NCBI RefSeq assembly: GCF_000281045.1 | Contig: NW_008246104.1 | Span: 222,557 to 286,556 of the forward strand | From: Saprolegnia diclina VS20 | Taxonomy: Eukaryota | DNA: 64,000 bases | Direction of reading: 5' to 3' | Shown here: piece after piece, positions 23,643 through 36,255 of the stretch | Numbering within the stretch: the first letter of the stretch is position 1 | How the letters are laid out: the number at the start of each line of letters is the position of its first letter | Program-made: the position numbers and the translations under genes | Notes under the pieces: model-generated | The model's input: only the letters and a program-made list of their open reading frames with translations | Databases searched by the model: none | Told to the model about the DNA's origin: nothing

Positions 23643-24517
23643 ATGAGCTCGCCACGATCCCCCAGGCCAAGGAACACGTGGTCGAAGCATGAAGTATGAA
23701 GCGACGCTGTGACCCAGAGGCCCTTATCAATTGGCGCAGGATGCCGATCTCACTATCTGCGTCGTCGCCTTTGGGCCGGGCCACTGGACGGTTCACCAAA
23801 CAAGTCTCTTCGCAATCCTCACCTCTTCTCTAGTCGATTGCCCGGGGCGTTGCAAATCGGTCCCCCAGCCAATGCTACCAGCGCTGGCTCGGACTCTCGT
23901 ACGATGCTACTCGACCCATTTTGCAGCTAGCCGCTTGTAGCTCCGGCAAAGGCCAGTGGCATGCGGAAGAAAGCGAAGCCTTGACAATGGCGGTTGCGCT
24001 TTTCGGGAGCAACTGGAAGGTGGTCGCGGACAACGTGGCGGCGGCGTGCCCTCTCCTGCCGCCTCGCAGGTATAGTCGGTATCAACGAGCATACATACAC
24101 TCACTGCTGCAAATGTCGTGCAACTAGTCCGAAAAAGTGCCGCGATCGCTGGGTTGGCTACTTGCGTCCAGACATCAACTGGGGGTACGCGATTGCTTAT
24201 GGTGATATGGAAGGCAACTGATCCTCGTAGCGAGTTTACGGGCGATGAGTCTGCGATGCTCCAGCAGCTCGTCTTGACTCCAGGTGTGCGCTGGGTCGAC
24301 ATTATCGAGATCTACATGCCGGTACACCATTGCTCCTATGGTCGCAGGAAGGAAACGACCCGTGGTTATGTAGACGCGCACTGTCGCACTGCTCAAGAAA
24401 CAGTGCAAGAAACTCAAGCTGCGCTGCTGCATGTCGCCCGGTACATATACCAGATTTGTCTACATGTATACTGTACGGACGTGGTTCTCTGCACTAGGCC
24501 GCCGCCGTTCGTTCTAA
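23643..24517 (+). CDS. Second three-repeat Myb protein, paralogue (7 introns)
   Basis: Spliced: NTWSKHE|DADLTICV...HWT|SIARGVANRSPSQCYQRW...KGQWHAEESEAL...NWKVVA...SPKKCRDRWVGYLRPDINWG|EFTGDE...RWVDII...; stop TAA 24515-24517. Confidence 0.8.
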
Positions 24518-24823
24518 GGTGCCGCCACATGCACCCCTCGTCCACTTTCTTCCATTGTTTTTTGCGCGTCCGAGGGTCCATCCATGGGTCCAATTGTCTT
24601 TGCTTTCTCTAGTTTCGTTGCGTTTTAAGTGAGTTGTTATTGAGTTTCGTTGAAATTGCACTTTGCGTTTTTCTATTTTTAGATTTGGCGCCAAAGCTTG
24701 TGGTGGACGCGTTGCCGGCTGCTGGTACCACATGGCGCGACACCACTCTGCGCCACGTACAGCGGCGCGCAGCATTGGCTTGTTGCAAGCGGCTGGCGTG
24801 GGTGGCGGCCATTAGTTTGGCAT

Positions 24824-24838
24824 GTCACTTGCAATTTC
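24824..24838 (+). promoter_or_regulatory. Oomycete INR+FPR core promoter
   Basis: GTCACTTGCAATTTC just upstream of the MATE ATG at 24845. Confidence 0.6.
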
Positions 24839-24844
24839 AAAGGA

Positions 24845-26633
24845 ATGGTGCTTCCAAGCCTCCAGCGCGGGTCGCCTCGGTACGGCCAGGTCGGCGATCA
24901 CAGCCCGTGCGAAGCGGCCGTCGCCATTGAGCTTGCAACACCCGAGGCAGACAATGTCTTTTGGGACGAGATGCAGCACCTGTGCTACTTGGCACCGCCT
25001 GTCGTACGTCCAACTCCATCGCATCATGGGATCTGTGCTCATGCGCCGGCGCCGTAGATGCTCACATACGTCTTGGGCTTTCTCCCTGGCGTCGTGAGTT
25101 TGATCATCGTTGGCCACAGCGATGCTGCCGACGTCCAGCTCGTCCTCGGCGCCGCGTCGCTTGCCGACATGTACTTCAACGTGACGGGGTACGACGACGA
25201 GGACTCGAGCGCTCTCGATTCGTTTGCTCAGAAAACGCGCAATGGATGTAGGTACAGCATCGGTCTCGGCTTGGCCAGCGCTATGGACACGCTCTGCTCG
25301 CAAGCGTACGGTGCTGGCAACCTTCTGCGCATCGGCGTCGTCTTGCAGTCGGGTCTTCTCGTGCTCAGTGTCCTCTTCTTCCCGATCTTGCTCCTCCACC
25401 TCTTCGCAACGGATCTTCTTCTTGCGCTGCATCAGCCAGTACCGTGGATGACATTGGATTGGCCAACGTAACGCGCGTCGTAGGAAGGCGTCGCGGTCCT
25501 TGCCGGCGCGTATGCCCGCTGGCTCGTCCTCGGCTTGCCATTCGCCTTTATCTACGAGCTTTTGAAGAAGACGCTCCAAGCACAAAACGTGGCGCTCCCC
25601 ATGGTCTATTCCACGCTCGTGGGCAATGCCGTCAACGCTGTCGTCGGCTACGTACTCGTGCACCACTCGGCTTACGGTTTTCTCGGCGCGGCGATCGGTC
25701 GGTCGGCTGCCAACATTGCGCAGCCGCTGTGCCTCGGTGTTTACTATTGGTGGCATCCAAACGCGCGGGCCTTCTGGCCGGGGTACGCCCACGTTTTGCA
25801 ATTCGCAGCTCAATTGAACAATCTCACGGGTGTAGGTGGAACTGGCGGTGCGCGGCCGCCGGCGTCGGCGAATTCCTCGTCTACGGCGCGCCTGGCATGC
25901 TCATGATGATGTTCGAGTGGTGCAGCTTCGAGTTCATTGCGATTCTCTCCGGTGCGATGCCGTGGATTAGCGCTAGCTGGCCAACGCAATTATGTGTAGG
26001 TCTCTTGCCCAACCCGATCGTGTCCATCGGTGCCAACGCCATCACAATCAACGTATATGCCGTCTTGGACTGGCTCTACTACGGCATTGCCGTCTCGGCG
26101 ACTGTGCGCGTCGGCAACGCCATTGGCTCCAACGACCCAATGCGCGCCAAAATCGCGCTCAAAGCTGTACTGGTCGCCGCCGCCTGCTTTGCAACGCTGC
26201 TCATGGGTCTCTTGTACTTCGCACGGCATACGTACCCACGCGTCTTTACCCGAGATAGCGCGATTGCCTCGTACGTAGCGTCCTGAGGAAATCGTGTTGT
26301 ATCATTTTGCATAGGTTGGCGTCCGAAGTGGGTCTTGTCGTCGTCGCCTTTCAGCTGCCCCAAGCCATCAACCAGACAACACAGGGTATCTTGCGCGGGT
26401 GCGGGCTTCAGGGAAAAGGCGCCGCCATCAACTTTGTCGCGTACCTCATCGTGGGCCTACCGCTTGGGTATGCACTGGCCTTTCCGTGGCAGCTCGATCT
26501 CCCGGGCCTCTGGATCGGCATGGTGTTTGCCTTTCTGACAGCCGCCACGATCGGACTCGGGCTTCTCAAGTGCGCGAGCATCGACCGCATTAGCGACAAA
26601 GCGGTCGCGGTTGCCAAGACGGCGCGCTCATAA
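24845..26633 (+). CDS. MATE (multidrug and toxic compound extrusion) transporter, copy 1; spliced
   Basis: GLASAMDTLCSQAYGAG, MMMFEWCSFE, SATVRVGNAIG, QGILRGCGLQ...YLIVGLP...GLWIGM are eukaryotic MATE motifs. Confidence 0.93.
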
Positions 26634-27130
26634 CTTATTGTCTTTTCGATTACTGCGTTTGGATTCGAGCAGGTAGTTGCAGTTGGCGGGACCCTATCAT
26701 TCGAGTGCGACGGGAGCCACCGTTGCCCGATGGTATCTACCGAGCGCTTCTACCGAGTTGGGACTGCTTGCAACCGCGCAATATTGCATCTTTCAGGCAA
26801 CTCTAGTGCAATATGTACGTACGTGTATGCGTATATGCTAGCATTCGGCGGAAGCAATTCAACCATGCGACAGCGGCAGCACCGTTCATCCAAGATGCAC
26901 TGAAGGCATACCAGCACTGTACAGATGCTCACGCACTGCATTCAATAGGCCTCGGTCATACACCTTGAATCGAGAGGCTGCGTTCTTGCGGCAACACGAG
27001 CTATATCAAGCAGGGTAGGAACTGGGCAGAGTTGGACGAGGCTCGGAAATGGCGTGAGCATGGATGAGATTCGCACTGGCCACTCACGTGACGGGCGCGA
27101 TGCACTGGCGCATTTTCCTATTCGAATTCA

Positions 27131-28819
27131 ATGGACCAAGCGCCGCCCGAGACATCTCGACCGCTGTGGCGCGAGGAAGCGACGCAGCTCCTGCGCTTGG
27201 CGGTGCCCGTCGTACGTGATGTACAGAGCTCCATCCAAAGCACATCGACCCTTGCATAGATGGCAACGTTCATCCTCGGGTACCTTCCAGGTGTGCTGAG
27301 TCTCATCTTTGTCGGTCACATCAACCACCCGGACGCCAAAGAGTACCTCGCGGCCGCCTCGCTCAGCGACATGTTCTTCAACGTCACGGGGTGCGTCGCT
27401 TTTTCTGTCCGATGCACCCCCGTTCTCATCCTGCTCGCCAGGTACAGCATCGGCCTCGGACTTGCGAGCGCCATGGACACGCTGGCGTCCCAAGCTTTTG
27501 GCGCGGGCAACGTCAAGCGCATCGGCATCCTGCTGCAAACTGGTAGCCTCGTGCTCTTTATTGTCTGCGTACCCATTGCCGTGCTCAACCTCAGCTCCAC
27601 TCACGTGCTTCTCGCCCTCGACCAGCCCGTACGCCTTCATTTTCTTATTGCGCTAAGTACTTGGTTAGACAAATGTGGCCGCGCTCGCAGGCCCATACTC
27701 GACGTGCCTTGTCTTCGGCCTTCCCTTTTTGTACGCCTACGAGCTCCTCAAGCGCGCACTGCAAGCGCAAAACATTGCCTGGCCGATGCTCTACAGCACG
27801 CTGCTCGCCAATGCCGTCAACGCGGTTGTCGGCTACCTCTTGGTGTACCATACATCGGTGGGATACCTCGGCGCCGCCATCGGCCGCGCGAGCGCCATGA
27901 TGTCGCTGCCGCTCAGCTTGCTCCCGTACTTTCATGTGACACCCGGCGCATGCGATTTTTGGCCAGGGTAGAGTCCCTACTCCATCAAGCAATGAAACAT
28001 CGTGTACTAGGCTCCATGGCCGCGCTGCCGTACGCGGCGTTGGCGAGTTTCTCGTCGTGGGCACGCCAGGCATGCTCATGATGATGTTCGAGTGGTGCAG
28101 CTTTGAGATCCTCGCCCTCTTTGCAGGTACAGGCGCGCGTTCTCCCAGGTCCCAGTACGAGAGCTTAGGGGTGCTACCCAATGCCGTGGTCGCGATTGGC
28201 GCCAACGCCGTGACCGTCAACATCTTTTCCGTCGTCGACTGGATCTACTACGGACTCAACGTCTCGGCGACGGTGCGCGTCGGCAACGCGATTGGCGGTG
28301 ACGACGTTCCGCGAGCGCGCGCTGCCACGAGTGCTGCCCTCGCGACCGCCGCAGTGCTGGCTCTTTGCTTTGCATCGCTTTTGCTTGCGACGCGCTGGGT
28401 GATCCCAAACCTCTTTACAAACGATCGTGACGTGTCTGCGTACGTTCGAATACCTCAAGATGGTGCTGACGCAGAGTTGTAGCTTGGTCGCGAGCGTCGC
28501 GGTCGTGCTCGTGCTCTTCCAAGTACCCCAAGGCGTCAACCAGACCATGCAAGGCGTATTGCGAGGCTACGGGCTCCAGAATTACGGCGCCGTCATCAAC
28601 TGTGTCGCTTACATGGGCATTGGCCTTCCGGTGGCCTATCTACTCGCGTTCACGAACGCTTATGGCCTCCAAGGGCTTTGGATGGGTATGGGCATCGGCT
28701 TTGCCTTTGCTGGCGCCTCGAGCTTGCTACTCCTGCGGTTCGCCAACATTGACGGCGTGATTGAGAAGAAGCAAGTCCAAACGCTTGAGGAACGGTCGCG
28801 CTACGTCATTGTGTCGTAA
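27131..28819 (+). CDS. MATE transporter, copy 2 (tandem paralogue); spliced
   Basis: GLASAMDTLASQAFGAG, MMMFEWCSFE, SATVRVGNAIG, QGVLRGYGLQ...GLWMGM. Intron positions match copy 1. Confidence 0.93.
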
Positions 28820-28843
28820 ATCGCCAGATTTTGAGATTCGATG

Positions 28844-28894
28844 TCGTTTGATGTTGAGATTCGTTTGATGTTGAGATTCGTTTGATGTTGAGAT
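28844..28894. repeat. 17-bp tandem repeat x3 (TCGTTTGATGTTGAGAT)
   Basis: Three exact copies read directly, 25 nt after the MATE2 stop. Confidence 0.9.
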
Positions 28895-29129
28895 GTGGAT
28901 AAGTTTGCGCCCATCGTGTCTCGTGCACGCAGGTGCAGTTTGAAAAAGAAGCCAACGCGTGATATGGGAGGCAGGCACGCTGGACGCTCGCCACCCTGTC
29001 GTCGCTGGCTGCCACGTGGCGACCGGATACTGCGATCTTTTGTTTTGTATGGTCGATGAGGCATCCGGACGGTTGAAGTGGTCATCCATGACGTGGCAGC
29101 ACGAGGTGCTGTTTTGGATGGCGAGACAT

Positions 29130-29379
29130 NNNNNNNNNNNNNNNNNNNNNNNNNNNNNNNNNNNNNNNNNNNNNNNNNNNNNNNNNNNNNNNNNNNNNNN
29201 NNNNNNNNNNNNNNNNNNNNNNNNNNNNNNNNNNNNNNNNNNNNNNNNNNNNNNNNNNNNNNNNNNNNNNNNNNNNNNNNNNNNNNNNNNNNNNNNNNNN
29301 NNNNNNNNNNNNNNNNNNNNNNNNNNNNNNNNNNNNNNNNNNNNNNNNNNNNNNNNNNNNNNNNNNNNNNNNNNNNNNN
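29130..29379. other. Assembly gap (N run)
   Basis: Run of n. Confidence 1.
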
Positions 29380-29887
29380 GCCCGCGACTTTGCCGTTGCG
29401 ACGGGAAAGATACTCGGCTGTGCCACTGTGGCGTGCGGCAAGTTGGGACGACATTGCCGCAGCCAGTGCTGTGATAGGCTGGCGTTTAAATGCTGCGTGC
29501 GGCTGCTATCACATCTCATCTCGGCCGACTAAACTTCCTCCCATGCACGAAAGATCTCGACCTCTGTGCAGCGGCCAAGTACATGCTGTCTTGTCCATAC
29601 TGACGTCGATATACATTTCGAGACGACGCTTGTTTGATGGACTGACCATCCATCCTCGCTGCATGCATGGGGCGTAGAATAGCAGCTTCTACTGCATGTC
29701 CAACGGTATCGTTACCTTGATGTCGTCAAGATACTCCTTCTGCCGCCGATCCTGCGTATGCACCCGCCACGTATTCCAACCGTGCAGGTACCCTCGATAT
29801 ACAAATACCGCTATAAATCGTACACCCGTACGGGCCATCGGGGAACTGCGACAGCGGGTCAAGATCGACTTCGTTCGCAAGCGCAGC

Positions 29888-29903
29888 CTCATTCTGCAAC
29901 TTG
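29888..29903 (+). promoter_or_regulatory. Oomycete INR+FPR core promoter
   Basis: CTCATTCTGCAACTTG ~20 nt upstream of the P450 ATG at 29924. Confidence 0.65.
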
Positions 29904-29923
29904 CCGGCACCAGCACACCCGAT

Positions 29924-31596
29924 ATGCTTCCGCTCATCGTGATCGTCGCCGCCGTCGTGCTCACAGTCGTCCTCGCCTTGAAGCTCGCCACTCGCCAGAC
30001 GGGCGTTCCAACGGTTCGCTGGTACATTCCACTCGTGGGCTCGGCGCTCGATTTCGCAGCTTCGCCGATAGCTTTTCTGCGCGCGTGCCGCACGAAGCAC
30101 GGACCGGTCTTCCGGGTGCTTTTGGCCGGTCGCTACATGACGTTCTTTACGTCGCCGGCGCACGTGGCCGTTTTGCTCCAGACCAAGGCGCTCTCGTTCG
30201 GGCCCGTGGTGCACGATGTCTGTGTCGCAGCGTTTGGTCATGACGCGGGGTTTGCGCACCCGAGCCAGTGGCACTACCGCCGCGTCCACAGCCTCTTTAC
30301 ACAGCACTTTGTCAACGGCACGGGACTCGCGGCGCTGATCGAGGCCAACGTACTCCAACAGCGACGTGCGTTGCAGCGGCATCTCGCGGCATCTGGCTCG
30401 TCCCAGCTCCGCCTCTTTTCGTTCTTGCGCCAAGCGCTCTTCGAGTCGAGCTCGCGCACGCTTTTCGGTGACGCGTTCTGCGACACGCACGCCGACTTGT
30501 TGGACGATTACGTGGCGTTTGACGACGCGTTTCCCGTCCTCGCCTCGGGCTACGTACCGACATGTAGACCATCTTATCCTTTCTTACTGTCGTGTGATAA
30601 GCACTGGGTAGGGCTACTGCGCACGGCCCGCGCCGCCGCAAGCACGATCGCACAAGGCTTTGGTGACGCGATCGTGGAGCCGAGCCTCATGCGCGGCTGC
30701 TCGCAGTTTATGCTCGACCGTCTCCAGGTAGCTTTTGTTGGTTTCGGATGGCGGCTCAGATCTGAGCGTTTAGTTGTTTCGACGGGTGCAAGCTCCCTTG
30801 CACAACTGCGCCGGCACCCAGCTCGCGCTCTTGTGGGCGACCAATAGCAACTCGGTGCCCACCGCATTTTGGACGCTGTATCATCTCTTGCATGACGTGG
30901 CAGCATGGAATGCCGTCCTAGCCGAAGTGCATTTGCACTTAACGTCACCTGCGCTCGCGTCCGAGGCAACGTGGTCCAAAGCAGACCTCGACAAGTGCGT
31001 CGTTCTTGACAGCGCGATTGACGAGACACTGCGACTCGTGTCAGCGTCACTCCTTCTGCGCGAAGCAACGTGCGATGTCGAGTTGCCCCTCGAGGTAGCG
31101 CCATCGATTTGTTGTTGGACGATGCCAACATTAGCGTGTAGCCGCCCGTGGTGCTGCGCAAAGGCGACCGCGTCGCAATGGCTCCCTTCCTGCAGCACAT
31201 GGACGCGGCGCTGTTTCCAGATCCAGAGATCTTTCGGTACGTATCCCTCTCCAGAAATCAATCATTATCTCAATCATGTGGGTAGCTTTGACCGGTTTGT
31301 TCATGCAACCCAGGCGCAGCGCAGTGCCTTGCGCCCCTTTGGGCTCGGCGCTAGCATGTGCCCCGGCCGGTTCTTTGCCAAGACGCAGCTCAAGTCGTGC
31401 ATTGCGCTGGTCATGCAGCATCTTCCCGGCCTGCGGTTTGCTTCGCTGCAAGCATCGACCGTAGCCATCAACCAGACGCGGGTCGGAATGGGGTAGGCCG
31501 TCGCTTCGAGTATTTAAGATGCCTCACACGTGACTTAGCGTCTACCCGCCGGCCACCGACGACGTTGTCCTTGCCTTTGACCGTGCAGCTGTGTAG
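29924..31596 (+). CDS. Cytochrome P450, CYP7/CYP8-like (clan 7-like); spliced
   Basis: N-terminal TM anchor, IPLVGSALDF..., HGPVFRVLLAGRYMTF, I-helix LLWATNSNSVPTAFW, ExxR (DETLRL), FPDPEIFRFDRF, heme motif PFGLGASMCPGRFFA. Confidence 0.9.
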
Positions 31597-31822
31597 AGAT
31601 ATTTTGTCATGTGCATTTGCCAACGAGTTTTTACGTATTACAAAATGTAGTGTCTAGTTATTCTGTTCAAAATGCACACCATGTACACAAATACACAAAG
31701 AAGCCAAACATCCGCTCGTAGTATACGCCCAATGACTCGGAGTGCACCCCAGAAAAATACACTGGAATGCAAGCGTGGGACGACTCTATTTTTTATCGCG
31801 AAACCGTGACAGCCTTTCTCGC

Positions 31823-34800
31823 ATGCCGGAGCGCGCGCTGCCGTCGCTGCGGCGGAAGTCCTACCACCTCCACCCAGTGTCGCCGTCGGCGCCGCCACCT
31901 AAAGCAAGTCGGCACCGAAAAGCCGACTTTCGGCGAGACTCGACCGAGTCGACGCTCCCAGCGCCGGCCGAAGATGCACACTTTCACATGCACATTCCGC
32001 GCGAAGGCTCCAACCGCTCGATCAACGACGTCATGATGCTGGACGACGACTTGCTTGTAGAGCCGCCAGTTCGAGATCTCGTGTTGGCGACCCCGCGCGT
32101 GCCCAAGGAGCTCCAGCTGCTGAAATCGATCCAGAGCCGCGTCGACTCGGTAGCTCAGGCTAGCGTCCGTCTCGTATCGATGATGCTTGGGTTTCCATAG
32201 GCCATGCAGAGCTACGACGAAGCGATGAACCGACCGGTGATCGAGTACGACAACAACCCGGACGAGTACATGCCCGTGACGTGGAAGGTGGGCGAGATCC
32301 TCATGGCGACGCACGAAGCCATGACCATGATGTCGGGCTTTAGCGACCGACCGTTCCTGCACGTACGCCGTCCTCTGCAACAATTATATCAAGATTGATA
32401 CATCTCTATTGATTGGTGTAGGACTTGGACGAAGCGCGGGTGCTCATGTCCCGCGACGCCAACGACGTTGTGAGCGAGCTCGGAAGAGACTGTGCACCAG
32501 GCATTCGGCGCATCAACAGCGTTTTTCAGCAGACGATTTCGCTGCTGCAGAGCATGCGCGCGTCGTCCAACACGTCTTCCAAGCACAGCGCGTTCTCGGA
32601 CGACCTCCACAAGCTCATCGACCGCCTTCAGAAAGAAAAGGCTATTTTGCTCGGCCAGCTGAACGAGACGGCAAGCATGTACACGTCCGTGACCGACACG
32701 ATCAAAGCCAAGGACGACGAAGTCAAGGCGATCGCTGACAGTCTCCAAGTCAAAACGGAGGAGCTCGCCAAGCTGCGCCAAGAGCTCTTCATCAAGCAGT
32801 CGGAAGTCACCAAGAAGCTCGAGAACGACAAGGCAGCGGCGCAGTGGAAGGACAAGTGCATGGTGCTGAGCAAGCAACACCAGGCGCTCGAGATGCGCGA
32901 GAAAGAATCGAGCGCGATGCTCGCCAAGACGCAGCAGGCGCTTCGCGACTCGACCGAGACGAGTTTGCTGATTCAAAAGGAGCTCGACGACGTCCAAGCG
33001 CAGCGTGTGCTGGAGCAAGCCACGATACGCGAGCTCCAGGCACAATTGAGCGACCTCGCCAGTCGCCCGCGCACTTCAAACCCAGGCATACGCGCCGATA
33101 TTGCCATGGAATACGACTACGAAATCACAGAGCTCAAAGGCAAAGTGTCGGCGCTCAAAGACCAGCTGCATCAGTCCCAACTCGACCACAAGGCCGCGCT
33201 CGAGCGCCAACAAAACGACTTTCGAAAACAATTTGAGCTTCAAAAAGGCGACCACGGGTACATCCTTCTTTGTATCAAGACAGTATCAAGCTTAGCCGCG
33301 GATACTAGGTTCAGCGCCGCGCATGATGAGATTGATACTTCCAAACTGTTTGTGACGCAGCCTCGGGTGCTCGTGCTCGAGCCGCACGAGCGCCCCGAGA
33401 CGGCCGAGTTGACCCTCGCCGCGCTGCAGGAAATCGACAACGACGACGACGTGGCCAACGACCTCGATGATCCAGCGCTTTCCAAGCACGAGGAGAGCAG
33501 TCCGCGGCACTCGGTCTTGCTGAGCCGGCGCAAGACGGCACTCGCTTCGCAAAAGACCCACATTGAAACGCAAGTGGACGGCTTTATCAACGAGGTGTTT
33601 GTGGCCCCCGCGACGATTGCGCTGCCGCCCGCGCTGCCCGAGATCCATCCGATACCGACCGAGGCCTCGGACGACATGCTGCGCAGTACTATATGACGTG
33701 TGTTTTCTGTTGTTGCGATGGTGTGGTATAGAACTATCGACGGTGCCGGGCGCCGAGAGCTACCTCACCATCCTCACTGAGCTCCAAATGCAGCTCGAGA
33801 TGGACAAGCAGCGTGCGCAGAAGCGCTACGTCGACGCGTTGGTGCAGTTCCGTACCGACATGGCAGCGCGCTACGAGAAAACGACTGCCGATCTCGTGGG
33901 CCGGCACAAGCTCGAGACGCAGCAGATGGCCGCCACGATCCAAGCCAAGTACCACAGCCTCGTGGAAGAGAAGGATACGCAGCTCGAAAAGGCCCAAGAC
34001 GCGCTTCGGCTCTTTTACAAAAGCATCGACACGTCGTCAAGCTACGAGCCAGTACATATATGTGTATCAACTTGACACAATTCTCGACTAGGACGAGCGA
34101 CGCCGTGGCGCGCTGCAGTACCAACGCACGCTTAAAGCTGTCGCGCGCGCGTCGTACCTCATGCTCGCGACACAAAATGAAGAAACCCAGCGGCAACACC
34201 ACAACGATATCCAAGCGCTCTGCGACGAGATCAAAGCCATCAATCTCCAGGACCTCCTTCCGGTAGTCGTCGAGGTCCCAGTACCCGTTCTCGTGGCACC
34301 AGTGGTGACCGCTGCCAGCGTCGTCGTTGACGTGACGCCGCCACCCGTGACTGCGCCTGTGCCCGAGAGCAAGCCGGTGCCTCGGACGCTCATGGCGCGG
34401 TCGAGTGTGGTTGAGCGCCCTGTGACACCACCACCCGTCGAGTATGCCCCACCGAGCCTGCGCGATGGCCACACACAAGTCCGCATACTGCCGCTTTCCT
34501 TCTCCCCTAAAACACATTCTAGGTATCAGAGCGCGACTGGATGGACCCGACAGCTCTCGAGGTACCGCCGCATACAACGCTGCCCCACTACGTTCTTGAA
34601 GGCGCGTCGGCCATGCCTTTGGTACGAAAATGTGACGTAAAGAGTGTTCCACGAGTTGATGGCAGGCGGCACCGGAAGACGAGCTCCTGGCGAGCGTCGG
34701 TCGCCGTTTTGGCGCCGAGATGCCAGCGCTGTGCCTCAATCAAGTGCTACCACCAACACTCGGGCTCTCAAAGCACCGCGTGCACGAGCTCGTACATGGC

Positions 34801-35714
34801 TACGCAGCGACGCTCGCCGACATCAAGGCGCGCATCAATTGGAACAAATGGCAGTGCGTCCTCAAATGCTTGGGGCTCAAGCGCATGGAAGAGGTGCTCT
34901 CGCTCGAGACGCACACGTCCCATGGCGTCGAGCATGCGCTTGTCCAGCTTCGTAAGCGCTCGGTTATCAAGCGTGCGGGCTTCTCGGACACCCACCGTGC
35001 CCTCCGCTGCGAACAAAAGCGGGCCTGGAACGCCTGCATGGACACGCTCGTCACATACTCGACGGCGCCGGCAGTACACCAACTACCAATCGTCGCAGGA
35101 GACTCTACGATCTTGCGTAGGATTTGACGACGGACGGCGGGCTTCCCGAGACAACGCGAAGCAGCGCGGTCAAAGATGCGGAGCTTCGATCGCCCACGAC
35201 AATGCTCGATGTTGCCATTCGTCCTCCAGCGCTCGATCGGTGCACTACAGTGCTATATGCCAGCAATAAGAAACGATGGACGGCTGTAGACCGGTGACCG
35301 AGGCCAAGGGGACCCCGCGCGGCGTGCCATCCCGAGCCGGCAAGCTCCAAGTGCAATTGGAGAGCCACGTCGTGCGCGGCGTTCCCAGCCAATCACCGTT
35401 CATGCGACGAAAAGCTCTCGAGTCGATTGAGCGTAGTATGCTGCAGCGACGGCAAGTGTTTGCCGAAACCAATGCCAGCGTCGACCAAACGTTGCGCCAC
35501 ACACGACCTCCATTCGCCCGCACTTAACACATATTCTAGTAACACAAAGCGTCTTATAAACAATACTCGTCCTCAAAGCGACTCGGCGCGTCCCGGTACT
35601 GTGGCGACAGCGACGGCACCCATGGCGACGGCAAGTGGGTCGTTGGCGTCGTTAGCCGTGCGTCCGTCGCCGGTGCCGCCTCGTCCAAGCTTGAAAAATC
35701 AATGCCGTCCATGA
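31823..35714 (+). CDS. Large coiled-coil protein of unknown function, multi-exon (3' end 35527 or 35714)
   Basis: Long heptad-rich exons (from 32422, and ~33760-34040), a Pro/Val-rich linker, typical codon usage and short GT-AG introns. The last exon is ambiguous. Confidence 0.65.
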
Positions 35715-36255
35715 GCGACCGGTCCTTCTCGGACGCCAGCAGTGCGAGGAAATCATACACGGGAATGTCGTCGAGGAGCTGGTCGAGATCGACTCGGCTC
35801 GTCGCACACACATGCGCTGGCAGCTCGGTGGGTTCCGTGTACCCGGCGCCGCTTTGGTTGTCCGTGGGCAGACAAAACTGTGGTGGGCCCATTGCCAAGT
35901 GCGCCAGCACGCGCTTCGCCTTGCCCTTGGTTGTCTTCGCCAGCTTTGCGGGCTTGGGCACGGAATGAGGCGGATGCGTCGTCGTATCGGATTTCCCGTC
36001 TTTTTGCTCCTTCTCGAGGCGGTCAAAGTGCTTTTGAGCGTGCGACCGCGTCTGCACCGTTGTGCGTGTTTGTACGAGCCGTGCAATGCGCCGCCAGTCC
36101 TTCCCGTAGAGCGCGACGCCTTGGAGAAAGAGGCGGTGCTCACTGTCCGACCAGCGCCCGCCGTTGGGCGGCGTCTTGTGTAGCACCCGCTTTGGGAGCG
36201 CCGATGGCGCCAAGTCCGCTTCATTGGACAAGAGCTCGTGGAGGGACACGCTCAT
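35554..36255 (-). CDS. SHAQKYF-class single-repeat Myb-like transcription factor
   Basis: GRWSDSEHRLFLQGVALYGKDWRRIARLVQTRTTVQTRSHAQKHF. Confidence 0.93.
   Translation of the reverse strand: MSVSLHELLSNEADLAPSALPKRVLHKTPPNGGRWSDSEHRLFLQGVALYGKDWRRIARLVQTRTTVQTRSHAQKHFDRLEKEQKDGKSDTTTHPPHSVPKPAKLAKTTKGKAKRVLAHLAMGPPQFCLPTDNQSGAGYTEPTELPAHVCATSRVDLDQLLDDIPVYDFLALLASEKDRSLMDGIDFSSLDEAAPATDARLTTPTTHLPSPWVPSLSPQYRDAPSRFEDEYCL

Noticed and set aside
28844..28894. Direct repeats as a possible CRISPR-like array
   Set aside because: Head-to-tail 17-mers with no spacers, in a eukaryotic context with no cas genes.
28801..29677. ORFs running through the N gap
   Set aside because: Artefacts of N translation. 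The flanks have no recognisable coding signal.
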